From the NCBI GenBank assembly GCA_015680685.1, contig MNCI01000542.1, positions 561,889 to 625,888 on the forward strand: a DNA stretch of 64,000 bases. Direction: 5' to 3'. The DNA is from Gnetum montanum. Its lineage: Eukaryota > Plantae > Gnetophyta. The translations under genes and the position numbers were made by a program. Every line of letters begins with the position of its first letter. Positions within the stretch are counted from its first letter, which is position 1. Shown here in pieces: positions 45,588 through 58,621 of this stretch. The notes under the pieces were generated by a model. That model ran no database searches. It saw only the letters and a list, made by a program, of their open reading frames with translations, and was not told the DNA's origin.

Positions 45588-48162
45588 TATAAGGACAATG
45601 TCTCACGCTATCACCAGATTGCCTCTAAGCCATCTAGGAGAAATCAATCTTGACTACAGTGATCATGGAGCTAAAATTTAGCCCATTTGTAGAATTTGTT
45701 TTAGAAATGGTGAAGACACAAGTCCAAGCATCACCGTTATGGCCCACGCTCTAAAACAATGGAGAATGATATTTGGAGAAGACCTATCAATTTTGGCATA
45801 ATAAAGGAGAAGATGCAATAATTAACATTAAGGAAGTCTCAGTTTCCTATTTAGTTAAGGTGATAACTGAAGCCATTAATGTACCCAACAAAGGGGCAAG
45901 AGTAGCACATCTGTCCACCATATTAGAAAACTGCGGTTGTGAAGGGCATATGGCAAAGAAGACAAGAAGTATAGTGAGTTAACTCTTGAAGAGAGAACTT
46001 ATTTTAAAATTGATAAATATCACATATTTCCCATAAAAAGACTATCCATGTATGCAGCTAGAGGAAGTGAGATCCTAATGGGGAAGTATAATACAAACCT
46101 TACATAACTCTACTTCATGGAGATCCAAAGGTGGTTTGAGAAAAAAAGGTAGGGAAGTTGACACTTCCATTCCCTTGCCTAATTAAGAAGTTGTGAAAAT
46201 GTGCTAAAATCTTGGGGGTACACCCATGATATCCTTAGAAAGGCTCAAAATGCTTTCTATGTTGAGATGCTCAAGCCAACACCACCAAAGAAAGATCAAA
46301 TGGAGGAACAAATAGATGTTGGGGAAACCACACAAACTACCATACAACAACAGCAAACATGATCTAATGGTCAATAGCAAGAGCAAAAATAGCAGTAACA
46401 ACAATAGCAAAAACATTAGCAAGTTCCACCACTGGCATTGTAGGATTATAGGCCATCAGTGAGTCATTTGCAATAGATTACAAAGACTATCAGTTGTGGA
46501 ACATGTGAGGAGGCTAACCTCTAAAAAGTCATTGACAGTGCCATTCAACTAATAGTTTCCATAGATCTTGTCAATGAAAAAATATCATTGTAGTTAGGAG
46601 AAGAGGATCAATGATCACAATAGATTTTTGGGAATGTGGCATTGTTCCAAGTGGTGCTTGAAACTGGAGAAGGATCCATGGTCATGGTTATGTAGCATCA
46701 GGATGCAGTAGGAGTAGTAGAAGTGATCATGGCTTACATCAAAGAATCATTCAATGTACCTGTTGTGCCACCAGTGGATCTAACTAGAGCTAGGAATGTT
46801 CAAATACTAGTTGTCATCTCAATGACTCATGTTGATCATGAAGATGTGCTAGATCAACTAATGTAGATTGGGCAAGTTATGATAACTCTTTTCAACATTC
46901 CAAGTGATGTTACTGCAATGTAGTCAAAGTTAATAGCAACCAAGGGTAAGCTGGTCATGGCAGAAGCCAGGGAATAGCATGTGTAAAATGAAATTCTTAG
47001 ACTACAAGAAGAGCTCGTGACCTTGAGGGTTGAACGTAGAGATCCTACATAATATGTTGTGCCTGACCAGCTAAAGTAGTTTAGAATAGAATAGATCAAT
47101 CACTTGATAGAGAAAAATAAGTAGATGGACAATGAGAAGAAGAACGTGGTGTGAAAATCCTCAGTAGCAAAAACATAGACATATGCACATGTGAAGGCAC
47201 TCACTATAGCATACGAAGAAAATAAGCAACTAGCTGTAGATAATATCAGGTTGACTAATGTAGAGAAGTAGAAAAACATCCTTGAGGAGAGCATTCATTA
47301 GTTGAGATAGCAACTGATAAGAGTTAACGAAGAAAAGAGTCAATTAGCAAGAGAAAATAGAACCCTTTTAATGGAGGAGGTACATGCAATTAGATAAAAA
47401 TAAGCTATTGAGATAAGCATGTAGCAGAATGAATCAAAGAAGCACAAGAGGCTCAAAGAACATTTCCACAATCTGGTGGGCATGTATAATAAAATTAATG
47501 AGAAGGAAATCCAAATGAAAAAATCCTAGATCAATTCCATATCAGCATAAAATCTAAATTGGCAACCCATCTTGGATAGTTATGCTCATGTCCACCAAGT
47601 AGAGAAAAAAAATAAAGACCCATGGATAGAAGATATGAAAGAATACATGGGGTTAACTAACGTTCAGTATGCTAACCTGGCCATGTTGACAGTAGGTAGG
47701 CCCAGAATTGAGCTTGAATAACAAGTAGCAGCCACATATGCATTATACAAAAAGAAGTTTGTATATAAAAAATTGCTCTATAAAAGCTCCATGTAGAAAA
47801 ATCGAAGTTAGAAGCAGTTAAGGCTAGCTACCAAGGGTAGAAAGATGTTGCAGTGAACCTGGCCAGAAGAATGTCTGATTATTAGGAGTTATGTAAGATG
47901 GAGAGGGCATTTGAAGAAGAGACAAGACAATTTGTAGCATAGTATGTCAAGGCTAATTATATGTTCCCACAGCTGCCATGTCTATGGGATGTACCAGCTT
48001 CATCATACATTGCACAACAGACATAAATGGTACATGATCCTAGAATAGAAAAGGAAAAACTTTAAGCATTTCTCAACAGATACAAGTTTCAGAAGCCTGA
48101 TGATAAGGGGAAGTAACGGATGGAGGAGCCACCACCACCAGGCACTACTTAGCCTACAGTGA
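45588..48162 (+). pseudogene. Env-like ORF of C, 3' piece
   Basis: Collinear with D 12820-15312 (e.g. INIKEVSVSYLVKVITEAINVPNKGARVAHLST); riddled with stops. Confidence 0.8.
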
Positions 48163-48916
48163 GCTTCATCCAATTTTTTTTGTTTTATTTTAGTTTGTCT
48201 TGCCATGTCTTGTGTCCATTTTTTAAAACACCACTGTGAAATTTAGTATCATGTATATAGTTAAGTCATTCATGTAAATCTACCTCTTAATTTTGTAAGG
48301 GATTCTATCCTCATTTTATTTTAACTTAAGGATGAGTCTTCAATTAGTCATGGGACTATGGTAAAGTTGAATTTTAACAAGAAATTAATTGTAACTATGA
48401 TATCATAGATTCAATATTGTAACTACAATATCATAGATATGATATCGTAGCACAAGTTATGTCATTGTATATGTGATATCACAAGATGCGTGCCAGCCTA
48501 TAAATACAACACTTAGGTGTACAGATTTGAAATAAGTTTCAGTCCATAGTAACAAAACTCTTTTAGTTTGTTTTTGTGAATTTAGTCTTAAGTACTTAGA
48601 AGTGTGAATGCTAGCAGTGTAGTGTGACTTAGTGAACGTAGTCTTTATTCGAACATCTTATACTTGGGTGCAAGTATGACCAGCAATAAAGATTGAGCTA
48701 TTTCATACTATTGTAGCATTATCCTAGTTTGCTACTTTACCTAGAATAATGTTTACCATTTCACTTAGACTATTGATTACTGCTTTTCTAGTCAATGTTT
48801 TATTATTTCATGCACTTTACTTTTATTGTTGTTAGTATGCAGAATTGATATGATTGATTTCAAGTGTAAAGTATGATCATTTGGTAAACTAGTAGTATTA
48901 TTACTTGGTTTGCCCA

Positions 48917-49780
48917 TGATGAGTGGTGAGGTACCCCTACACTCAACCATACGAATACGAGTGTAGCACATGCAATTTGATCGAACTCCACAGACTAAGT
49001 GCCTACACAGCTTATGGAACACTTAGGGTTAATCATTCGTTGTCTTCTTAGACTTACTTGTAGTTGTCACGGTTGTATGGTTAAGTAAGTCTGAGGTATA
49101 TGATTTTTATATCTTTTATGTTTTATCTCCTATTCTATTGAGTTGAAGGGTGAAGAGACTAATTGACTAACTTTAACTAACTAACTAAGCCTTAATTAAC
49201 CTAGTGTCAGCATCCATTCCCACTTACCATTCACAGCCTGAACCAATGCAACCTTGGTTACCAAATGTTAGTCATTGCTGGGATCACCAAGCGTAACGCA
49301 CGTGCTCGAAGTGGTTGTACTGAGGCACTTAACTAGGAGAGAAGGGTTGAGAGAGATTTAATAACTAATAAAGCATTTAAATGATGAATAATAAATAATA
49401 GTAAATAAAGTCCTAATTAGCCTATTCCATGCACTGCAAGGTTTATCCAAGAAGTTTGTCTTTATTGCCATACACAAACTTGTGTTTAGGTACAATATTT
49501 GCTTGAATAAAGATCCATTCACTTTGGAGATCCTACTGCGGGCACATGGAAATTAATCTATCTCTGGAGGGGAAAAACTGCCAGAGTTTCGCTACAGTCT
49601 AGGCCTAGGATTAGAAACAAGGAAGAGTTGCTTCTTATTTATAAACTTGGCGGTGCACTGTGATATCGCATACGCAATATCGTGAGGGACGATGTGATAT
49701 CGTGGTGGCCACGATATCGCGTATGCGATATTGTGGGGGACGACGTGATATCGCGGCCCATGCAAGATCACGTCCCATCA
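48917..49780 (-). repeat. 3' LTR of B (864 bp)
   Basis: TGATGAGTGG...CCCATCA, followed on + by TACCCCCATGACTG (the PPT on the minus strand). Confidence 0.93.
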
Positions 49781-51457
49781 TACCCCCATGACTGAATGAA
49801 AATTTATCCTCAAGTTCCTTAGAAAAATATCGGGAAGGTATGGGATTATTGACTCAAAATGAAACTACGAGGATGACATGTGAACGGATCATCATTACAA
49901 GACAAGACAAAATTGGTATTCATGATAACAAGAGTGAACACTTTATTGCATTGACATCAGGCCTCATTTGGCAGCTGAGAAAGATAAAGAGAGAGAGAAA
50001 GAAGTTTTGTTGTTGCCAATGCCAAGATTATGCCTTTCATTGTCCATCTGTAAGTGTGCCATCGATATTGCTCCTTGCATAGCTGCTTTCAACATTGCTC
50101 CATTCCAAGTGTTCCCTCTAGATCCAATCCATTATTGCATGATTACCATCTACACACACAACATAGTCTTATATTAGCAAGGATAAATGAAATTCATGTA
50201 ATTGATACCTTGCTTTGGTAAAAGGTCCATTGGCTGAGTTGTGGTATGGCTGATTGTGGATCTAGAGATATATTAATGAAGACTAATCGAAAAAATTGGG
50301 CCCCATACCCCCATGACTAATCGCGAACCTTCGGTAGCGAGAGAATGGAAAAGGAAAAAGAACAAGAAAGATGGAGAAAAAGAGACAACTATTACGTCCA
50401 TGAAATGGATTTTAAGATGGAAATAAACAAAATAAAGTGGATTGCAAAAATGTTAAGGAAAATAATTTAATGAATGAACCAAATAGAAATGCCAGTGGAT
50501 CCTCCCCAAAGTAGGCTCATGCCATTAATGCCTTGACAAACCCACATTCAAAGAGTCTGTAGGCTCTGGGAATTTCCTTTGGAACAAGAGTTAAAGTCTT
50601 AACCACAAGAATTACCAAAAAGAAAACANCCACATCCAGTGACTTCGCATTAATGCATTCGGCCAATTCATCCACTTGAATAACAAGAATGCCTCCCCCA
50701 AGAGCCACCACCATTCTGAAAAAACAAAGGAGGAGAGAATAGAAAGCGAGGAGGGGCTTAGTTAGAGGGAACATGTTTAGTTCCATAACCAATGCTTGTA
50801 GCCCAATTATTATTTTGTCTAAGGGGTGTGCTTTGAATTCTCACTTTTTTCTTTCTTCTTGTTTTTTTTATATTTATGCGTGAGAACCACACCATGCAAA
50901 GACTTTGTTATTTTTATTAGCTCAGCTTCCTGATAATTGAGTGATATCGAAAAGGCAAGAAAAATCAAGAAGAAAACATCTAAGCATCCAAGAGAATGGC
51001 CAACACAAATGCATCAAGTTCCCTTGAAGTCGCACCCTTTTCAATCCTTGAGTCCTTAGTTTGAGAAATGCCAAGTCACTGATTCATTGATGGTTCTTAT
51101 TAGAAAGGGACTGTACATTTCCAAGCCAAGAGAGACCATAGAAAATTGTGGATGTGTGGATGAAGTGGACTCATTGCCTGTCATATCAAAAGAGACATAC
51201 CTTAGTATCAACATCATAACTTAAAGGTAAAAACCAAACATTAGCAATCAATAGGAAAAAAGTTCATACCATCATGAAGAACACTTATTAGGTGAAAAAC
51301 TTATAGGATGGATAAAACACACACACACACAAAATGAAAAAGTATAACAATGTTGTAAAAAAAAAAATAAGAAAAGTTAAAGAAATTTGCAAAACAAAAA
51401 TGTGCAAAACAAAAATGTGTAAAACAAAAACTAAAAAGAACTGAGGGCCTCCAATGA

Positions 51458-54400
51458 TCAGTATAGATGGCCATCTCCCCCATGACTGAATAGAAAGGGA
51501 GAGATTCGAAATAAAGAGCGAGGTTGCCCGATAGAAGAGGTGTAATTTGTACTGGCTGTTCTTGGTTCACGGAAGGGTTTTGTTTGTTGCACATTAACCA
51601 ATAACCTCTTATCCAGGCTTTTAGGCTTGTATATTGTCATGGCTCCTGAGGGAAAGGTCGTATGAATAATATAGGGTCCTTTCCACAATGTTTGAAATTT
51701 TGTATGATGTGGTACATGTGTGGGGTTCCAGTAAAGGACCTTGTCTCCTAGTTGGTACCTAACCCTTTGAATTCTTAAGTTATGACACTGTTTATTATGT
51801 GCCTTGTGAAACTGATTTGATGATAGAGCAACCAATCTATTCTCGTCTAGCATGTTTAGAGTTGCTAATCTTTGTTTATGTGCTAGGACGAGGTTAAGGT
51901 GAAGGTCGTAAGCCATGGATATTGTACAGAGTTCAGTCTATGTAGGGAGCTTTGGCAATTTTTCGTATACTAACTCATAGGGAGAGTAGCCTATAGGGAG
52001 TTTCTAAGTGGAGTGGTATGCCCAGAGAGATTTGTTCAGTTTCGTGCTCCAATCTTGCCTAAATTTGCTAATTGTTCTCGTAATCTCTCGATTAGTAACC
52101 TCAGCTTGGCCATTAGCTTGGGGGTGGTAAGGTGTGGTCAATTTATGTTCAACCCCTAAGCGTTGCATCAATTTGCGAAAGGTTTCTCCTGTAAAATGTG
52201 TCCCATTATGAGAGATGAGTGCATGCAGCACACCAAACCTGTTTAAGATTTGTTGTTGTACAAATCATGCAGCTATAGACGATGTGTAGTTTGTTACAGT
52301 AGCTGCTTCAGCCCATTTGGTTAAATATTCAACAGCAACAATGATATATGCTTTTCTGTTGGAGGTTGGTGTAATGGGCCCCATAAAATCTATTCCCCAA
52401 ATGTCGAAGGGTTCCAAAGGTTGAATCCATTGTTGCAGACCCTCCATTCTAGTAGTCATTCCACCATCACATTGGCAGCATTCATAGGATTGGGAAAAAT
52501 GATGGGCGTTTTGAAATAGTGTTGGTCAATAATATTCTGCAAGAAGGATCTTGGTGGCCGTTCATCTCTTGGAATAGTGACCCCCACAGGGGCCCTCATG
52601 AGAATCCTCGAGAACTTTTAATTGATCCTCATTGTGCACACACCATCGAACCAAGCCATCAGGACCAACTTTATAGAGTTGTCCCTTGATTTTCATGAAG
52701 CACTTGTTTTTGTGAAGAAACTGTTGTTTCTTCCTAAAGTCCAACCGCTATGGTGTTTGTTGGGAAAGGAGATAAGTAAGAATGCTACTATACCAATTTG
52801 TTTCCATGGGTTGGTTATTCACTACATCGGCAAAGAGGGTTTCATTAGGAAAATGATCAGATACGGCATATTCGTCCTCTTTGCTATCCTAGCGCAACCG
52901 AGATAAGTGATCTGCGACTACATTCTTGGTGCCTTTGTGATCTACTCTTGTTAAATCAAACTCCTGAAGGATTACCAACCAACGTATGATATGTGGGCTA
53001 ATCGTTGGCTTGTTCATCAGGAACCTAATTACGCTATGATCTGTATGGATATATACTTTGTAGCCCAATACATAGTGCCTAAATTTGTCCAATGTGAACA
53101 CTACAACCATTAATTCCTTTTCCGTAGTTGTGTAGTTGAGTTGTGCACCGGTGATACTCTTACTGGCATAGTGGATGTAATAAGGTAATTTTTGTTCATC
53201 TAATTGTGTCAGTATGGCTCCTAAGGCATAATTAGATGCGTTGGTCATGATATGGAATGGCCTAGACCAGTTAGGAGCTTTTAGAATGGGAGTTTCCATA
53301 AGCCTCTATTTGAGAGTTTGGAATGCTCGTTTACATTCCCTGGTCCATTCGAATGGTACATCCTTTTTCGTTAATTCCACCAATGATTTGACAATTTTGG
53401 AGAAGTTCTCGATAAATCTCCTATAGTAGCCAGTGTGTCCAAGGAATGACCAAATATCTTTGACCATTTCTGGTTGGCGAGTGATTCCTTGGATGACCCT
53501 AGCTTTTTTTGGGTCTACCTCTATTCCTGATTGTGAAACCTTATGCCCCCATACTATGCCCTCTTGAACCATCAAATGGCTTTTCTGCCAATTGAGCTTT
53601 AGGTTGGTTGCAACACATCATTTCAGCACTTACTCTAACTGGTCTAGGGCTTGATCAATGCTTGACCCATAAGTGGAGAAGTCATCCATAAAGACTTTTA
53701 CTCCATTACCAATTTTCTATTGAAATATGCTTAGAACTAATTGTTGAAATGTGGCAGGAGCATTGCACAAGCCAAATGGCATTTGTTTATATAAAAACAT
53801 TCCCTAAGGACTGGTGAATATTGTTTTGGCTTGGTCTTCTGGTGTGATCCATATTTGATTATACCCACTATAACCATCTAGAAAATCATAATAGCGATGC
53901 CCTGCTATAGTGTCTAAGACCTGGTCAACAAATGGCAATGGGAAGTGATCCTTGAATGTTTCCATATTTAATAGCCTAAAATCTATGCATACCCTCCATT
54001 TGCCTCCTTTTTTTAGGTACGATTACTAGAGAACTAATCCATTCACTATCAGCAATGGGATAAATGAACCCAGCCTTGAGAAGTTGCTCTATTTCTTCTT
54101 TCACTATTTGTTTCAACTTCTGGTTCAATTTCCTTTGCGGTTGTTTTTGAGGCTTCATGGAGGATTCTGTGTAAAGTCGATGCTGGCATATCCTAGGATC
54201 TATTCCGGTTAATTCAGGGTATGACCAGGAAAGGGCTGTTGACCATTTATTTATCACCTTTAGCAAACTCTCTTTTTGTTTGGGGGCAAGCTTTGCATTG
54301 ATGATTACCGATTTTCCATTTTTAAGGATCATATATTCCAGATCGGTGGGCAATGTCCAAGGGCTCTTGTTTAAACTTCTCAGGAATTTCCAACTTTCCC

Positions 54401-55080
54401 CAGTTAATGTTTTTAGGGTCAAGGGCTGGAAGTTGGCAACGGACTTGCTCAAGTGCATCCATGCTTTCAACGTAAGCACTAGTGATCCCCTCAGTTAGTT
54501 CCATGCATGTCATCGAATTGCTCTCTTGGTTAGCCATCAGCCACTGGGTGTTTTCTTGTCGTGTGGCTGCTACATATAGACACTTTTGTATGTCAATATC
54601 TTATGCACACCGATTGCATGCAGGCAACGTTAAACTCTACATTACCCATGATTTCTGCACGCAATGGCACCTTGTGTCACTATATGTGATGCATGGAACT
54701 TTCTTCTTCTCAATCTTTCCAAAAGTATTTTTCTTGGATATTTCTGGGGAAAGATTATGGATTCCTAGGGATGCATCTATTGTGCTCAGCCATGCCCTTC
54801 CCATTATTATCAGGAAGTCTCGTTTGTCATTGTTTATTTGGATCACTAGGAAATTAGCTAGGTATGACCAACCACCTACGGTGGTAACAATGTTCTCAAT
54901 CTGTCCCAAAGGAACAATGATGGACTGGTCAGCTAGCTCTAAGAAAATACTACTTTGTTTGAGTGGGGGTAGGTTCCAGGTTGTATACAATTCTTGTGAA
55001 ATTAAGTTGACTCCGGAGCCTGAGTTAAGAAGAGCCTTATGAGGTTCATTCCTAGCGACTTGGAGATAAATTAGGGGGCT
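51458..55080 (-). pseudogene. pol: pol (PR-RT-RH-INT) of B
   Basis: ALLNSGSGVNLI (DSG decayed), IMGRAWL, FLDGYSGYNQI, FMDDFS (~53681), TNASNYALGAIL/NYTTTEKEL, FDIWGIDFMGP, TTPYHPQANGQAE, WKGPY. Confidence 0.95.
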
Positions 55081-57660
55081 TCTAGGATCAGAGAATTTCT
55101 TGGGAAGGTGGCCTACCTTAATCTAGTTAGTAATGGTATGTGTTAACATAACTGTATGCATTGGCCTCAATTTTTTGGCTGAAGGGGGTCCCGAAATCTT
55201 ATTTGGCATGGAGGTGTTTAGATGTTCAATCGCTTGTGAAGGTGAGGGCTTGGTTGGATTGTTGGTTCTAAAGAAAGGTATTTTTGGCATAGGATTGTCA
55301 GAACCAACTGAGAATTGAGGATTGGGAGCCCTCATAATATTGGGTTGTCGTGGTTGAGTGGGAAATACCCTTGGCATTGTTGGAGTGGTTGGTGGTGGAG
55401 CTACCAGCATAAGAGATGCAGATGGATTCGGAGGATAGTATGGGTGTGGAGTGTCTCCTGGAGGAGAAGGAGTCCTAAAATACTCCTAAACTTGGTAGTA
55501 ATGTAGTAGGGTTAGGTGACCCATAGAGTCACTTGGAGAAATCGGCTACTGCACGTAATAGCCATAAGGATTAGGTTGTCGGTAAGGGTATTGTTGTCTC
55601 AGTGGTGGCATCCCCCATGACTATGGGTATTGCCACTGTTGATGTTGCCCGATGGGTTGTGGTGGAGTTCCACTTGGATAGTACGTCAACAGTTGGTGGA
55701 ACTATCTTGGGTTACCTTGGGAATAAGGTAACCTTTGGGGTGTCTGCCGTTGGTTAAGTATTGGGTTAAGTGCATACACCCCAAACTCTTGTAGATGTGA
55801 GATGATTGGACAACATCCCTTAGGATGGTCATATTAGCAAATCTCACATCCACTGTCATCATCTATGTCAGATCCACAACCTCATCGGAGATAGTAATTT
55901 TCCCCTTACCCTTGTTATGTGCAGGGCCTGTATCTCTCTGCTTTTTCTTATCTTTGTCACTACTTCATTCCTCCTTAGAATCCTCTACGATTTTTAGGAC
56001 AATTTCAAGTCTAGAGTCTAAGGAATCCCACAATTGATCCACCTTAGCCGATACTTTTGTTGTTAGCTTTTGAATCGACAAGGTTTTTCTGTTCACCAAC
56101 TCTTTGAGTGGTGACTCATCCTCCTCATCACAAAATCTCACTCCCTTCTTTCGAAGGGAAGGATCGCGGTTATATTCTTCTGCGCTCTCTCTTTTCCGTA
56201 GCTCCCCTTCTTCTTTGGCTACTTGCTCCAACAATCGATGTATCTCATGGGATCTAAGTTTTAATAGTCTCCCTTGGGCATAAGTCCCAAGGGTTCTCCT
56301 AGTCTCATATCTTAGCCCATCTACGATGTGGCGAAGTTGATCCTGCTGTACGTAACCATGGCCCGGGCAACGATGTAGCAATGCATAGTATTGGCCCATG
56401 GCAGCATCCAAGGGTTCATGAGTACCTTGCTTCCATCCTTGGATCTACTTACACAAATTAGACACTCTGGAGTACATTTGATATTTATCGTTGAAGAGTT
56501 CTAACATCGTACTCCACCTCCTAATGGTTTCTGGCTCTAAGGACAGGTACCAACTCTCTGCTTCCTTAATGAGTGTTCTAGGAAACAAATTTAATTTTTG
56601 CCACTCGTTCTCTATGTTTTGCAAGGCACAGGCATCGTGGAACGCCTATAAATGATTTTGCGGATCAGCGTTATATCCCCCCTCAAAACGTGGGATATTG
56701 TTCATGTCTAAGCGCTTGATCCGGCTATCTCTTTGATGTCTTATTGGTATTCTCATTGCCTTCGTTATATCTAGCATACTTTGGGTGGCAAGTAGGGGCC
56801 CTTCATGATCATCTCTTTCATGATGTCTATGATGTCTACATTGTTCCCTACTTTCCCTTCGTTCATGTCCTTGTCCTCTCTTTCGACTCTCTTGTCGAGG
56901 TCTCTCATTTTGCCTACCTCTATCCTTACCGTTATGCTCTTGATAGCTGTGCCCAGATGTGGAAGGAGAGGGTGAGTGATGTGATGAAGGAGAAGAAGAA
57001 AGAGAACCATCGCCATGACGATGTTTCTTGCCTTCTCTTCGGCTGCTACGGCCCCGATCGTGATGACGATCTAAGTGCCTGTCCTTGTCACATGTTGTTG
57101 TTCCCTCAGTGAATAGTTGGTGTTCACAGGGATCAGAACCAAGGTTGTGTATCGTGGAGCATAGGTTTTGATACCCCACCTCCTCACCATCATTAGGAGG
57201 GGGAACATCATTCAATAGAGAACCTGTTATAAGTGGTTCACAATCTCTGATTTCACTTAGGATGTGCGGGACCCCTTTGCCCTTCAACAGTGTATGATGG
57301 CTCTCCTGCCGTGAGTCCCCTAAATGTTGTGCTGATGTGGGATGGTAATCCCTTGTGTCAAAATCACCTATAACGTACTCAGCATATAGCTGTGTCATGC
57401 TGATTTGTGCAAGAACATGAAGAAGCATGTTTGGGACTGATCGATCTAGAGGTAACACTATGTTATCTTGCAAGCCTCTCCATCGTAGCTATTCATCGTG
57501 ATGGAGGATAAAGGTAAAATCTGGTATATACTCATTAGGGTGAGTGTATACCATTTGGTGCTGTTGAGGAATTGGTGGATTTTGGTTATGTGTTATAGAC
57601 TGCAGACTATTTCTAGTATAATCCCTAGGTGGTAAATTGCTTTTGTTCGAAGAAGAAGAA
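55081..57660 (-). pseudogene. gag: gag of B
   Basis: ORFs 56646-57473 and 55965-56411; His/Arg/Ser-rich segment, then IPRFEGGYNADPQNHL...KLNLFPRTL and a Pro/Gln-rich tail. Start approximate. Confidence 0.88.
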
Positions 57661-57789
57661 ATTGTTATTTGATTCGGTGTGCTATTTAACTGTTATATAA
57701 ATTTTTTTGTTTAATTAACCCTAAGGGTTCGTTTAAGCTCCCAACGATGTGGATAATTTCCTATGTTCTACTTAGCGCACAAACACTTA

Positions 57790-57808
57790 GTCCCTGGCAA
57801 CAATGCCA
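57790..57808 (-). promoter_or_regulatory. PBS (tRNA-Asp type) of B
   Basis: Minus strand TGGCATTGTTGCCAGGGAC, 1 nt from the LTR. Confidence 0.85.
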
Positions 57809-57809
57809 A

Positions 57810-58621
57810 TGATGAGTGGCAAGGTAACCCTACACTCAACCATACGAATACGAGCATAGCACGCACGATTCGGTCGAACTCTGCAAACTAAGTGCCTACA
57901 CGCTTTATGAAACACTTAGGGTTAATCATTTGTTGTCTTCCCATACTTACTTATAGTTGTCACAGTTGTATGGTTAAGTAAGTCAGAGGTATATGATTTT
58001 TATATCTTTTATGTTTTATCTCCTATGCTATTGAGTTGAAGGGTGAAGAGACTAATTGACTAAATTTAACTAACTAACTAAGCCTTAATTAACCTAGCGT
58101 CAACATCTGTTCCCACTTCCCATTCACACCCTGAACCAATGCAACCTTGGTTACCAAATGCTAGTCGTTGCTAGGATCACCAAGCGTAACGCACGTGCTC
58201 GAAGTGGTCATACTGAGGCACTTAACTAGGAGAGAAGGGTTGAGAGAGATTTAATAACTAATAAAGTATTTAAATGATGAATAATAAATAACAGTAAATA
58301 AAGTCCTAATTAGCCTATTCCATGCACTGCAAGGTTTATCCAAGAAATTTTTCTTTATTGTCGTACACAAACGTGTGTTCAGGTATAATATTTGCTTGAA
58401 TAAAGATCTATTCACTTTGGAGTTCCTACTGCAGGCACATGGAAATTAATCTATCTCTGGAGGGGAAAACTGCTAGAGTTTCTCTACGGTCTAGGCCTAG
58501 GATGAGAAACAAGGGAGAGCCGCCTCTTATTTATAGACTTGGTGGCGCACCGCGATATCGCAGGGGACGACACGATATCGCGTATGGGATATCGTGTGGG
58601 ATGCGATATCGTGTCCCATTA
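57810..58621 (-). repeat. 5' LTR of B (812 bp)
   Basis: Direct repeat of 48917-49780; terminal CA decayed to TA; followed by the TSD. Confidence 0.92.

Larger units (their letters stand above)
48917..58621 (-). mobile_element. Element B: full-length Athila-like Ty3/gypsy element (gag-pol, no env-like ORF), inserted in the LTR of C
   Basis: LTRs 48917-49780 and 57810-58621, TSD GCCCA at 48912-48916 and 58622-58626, tRNA-Asp-type PBS, PPT, and PR-RT-RH-INT without aRH. Confidence 0.94.
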
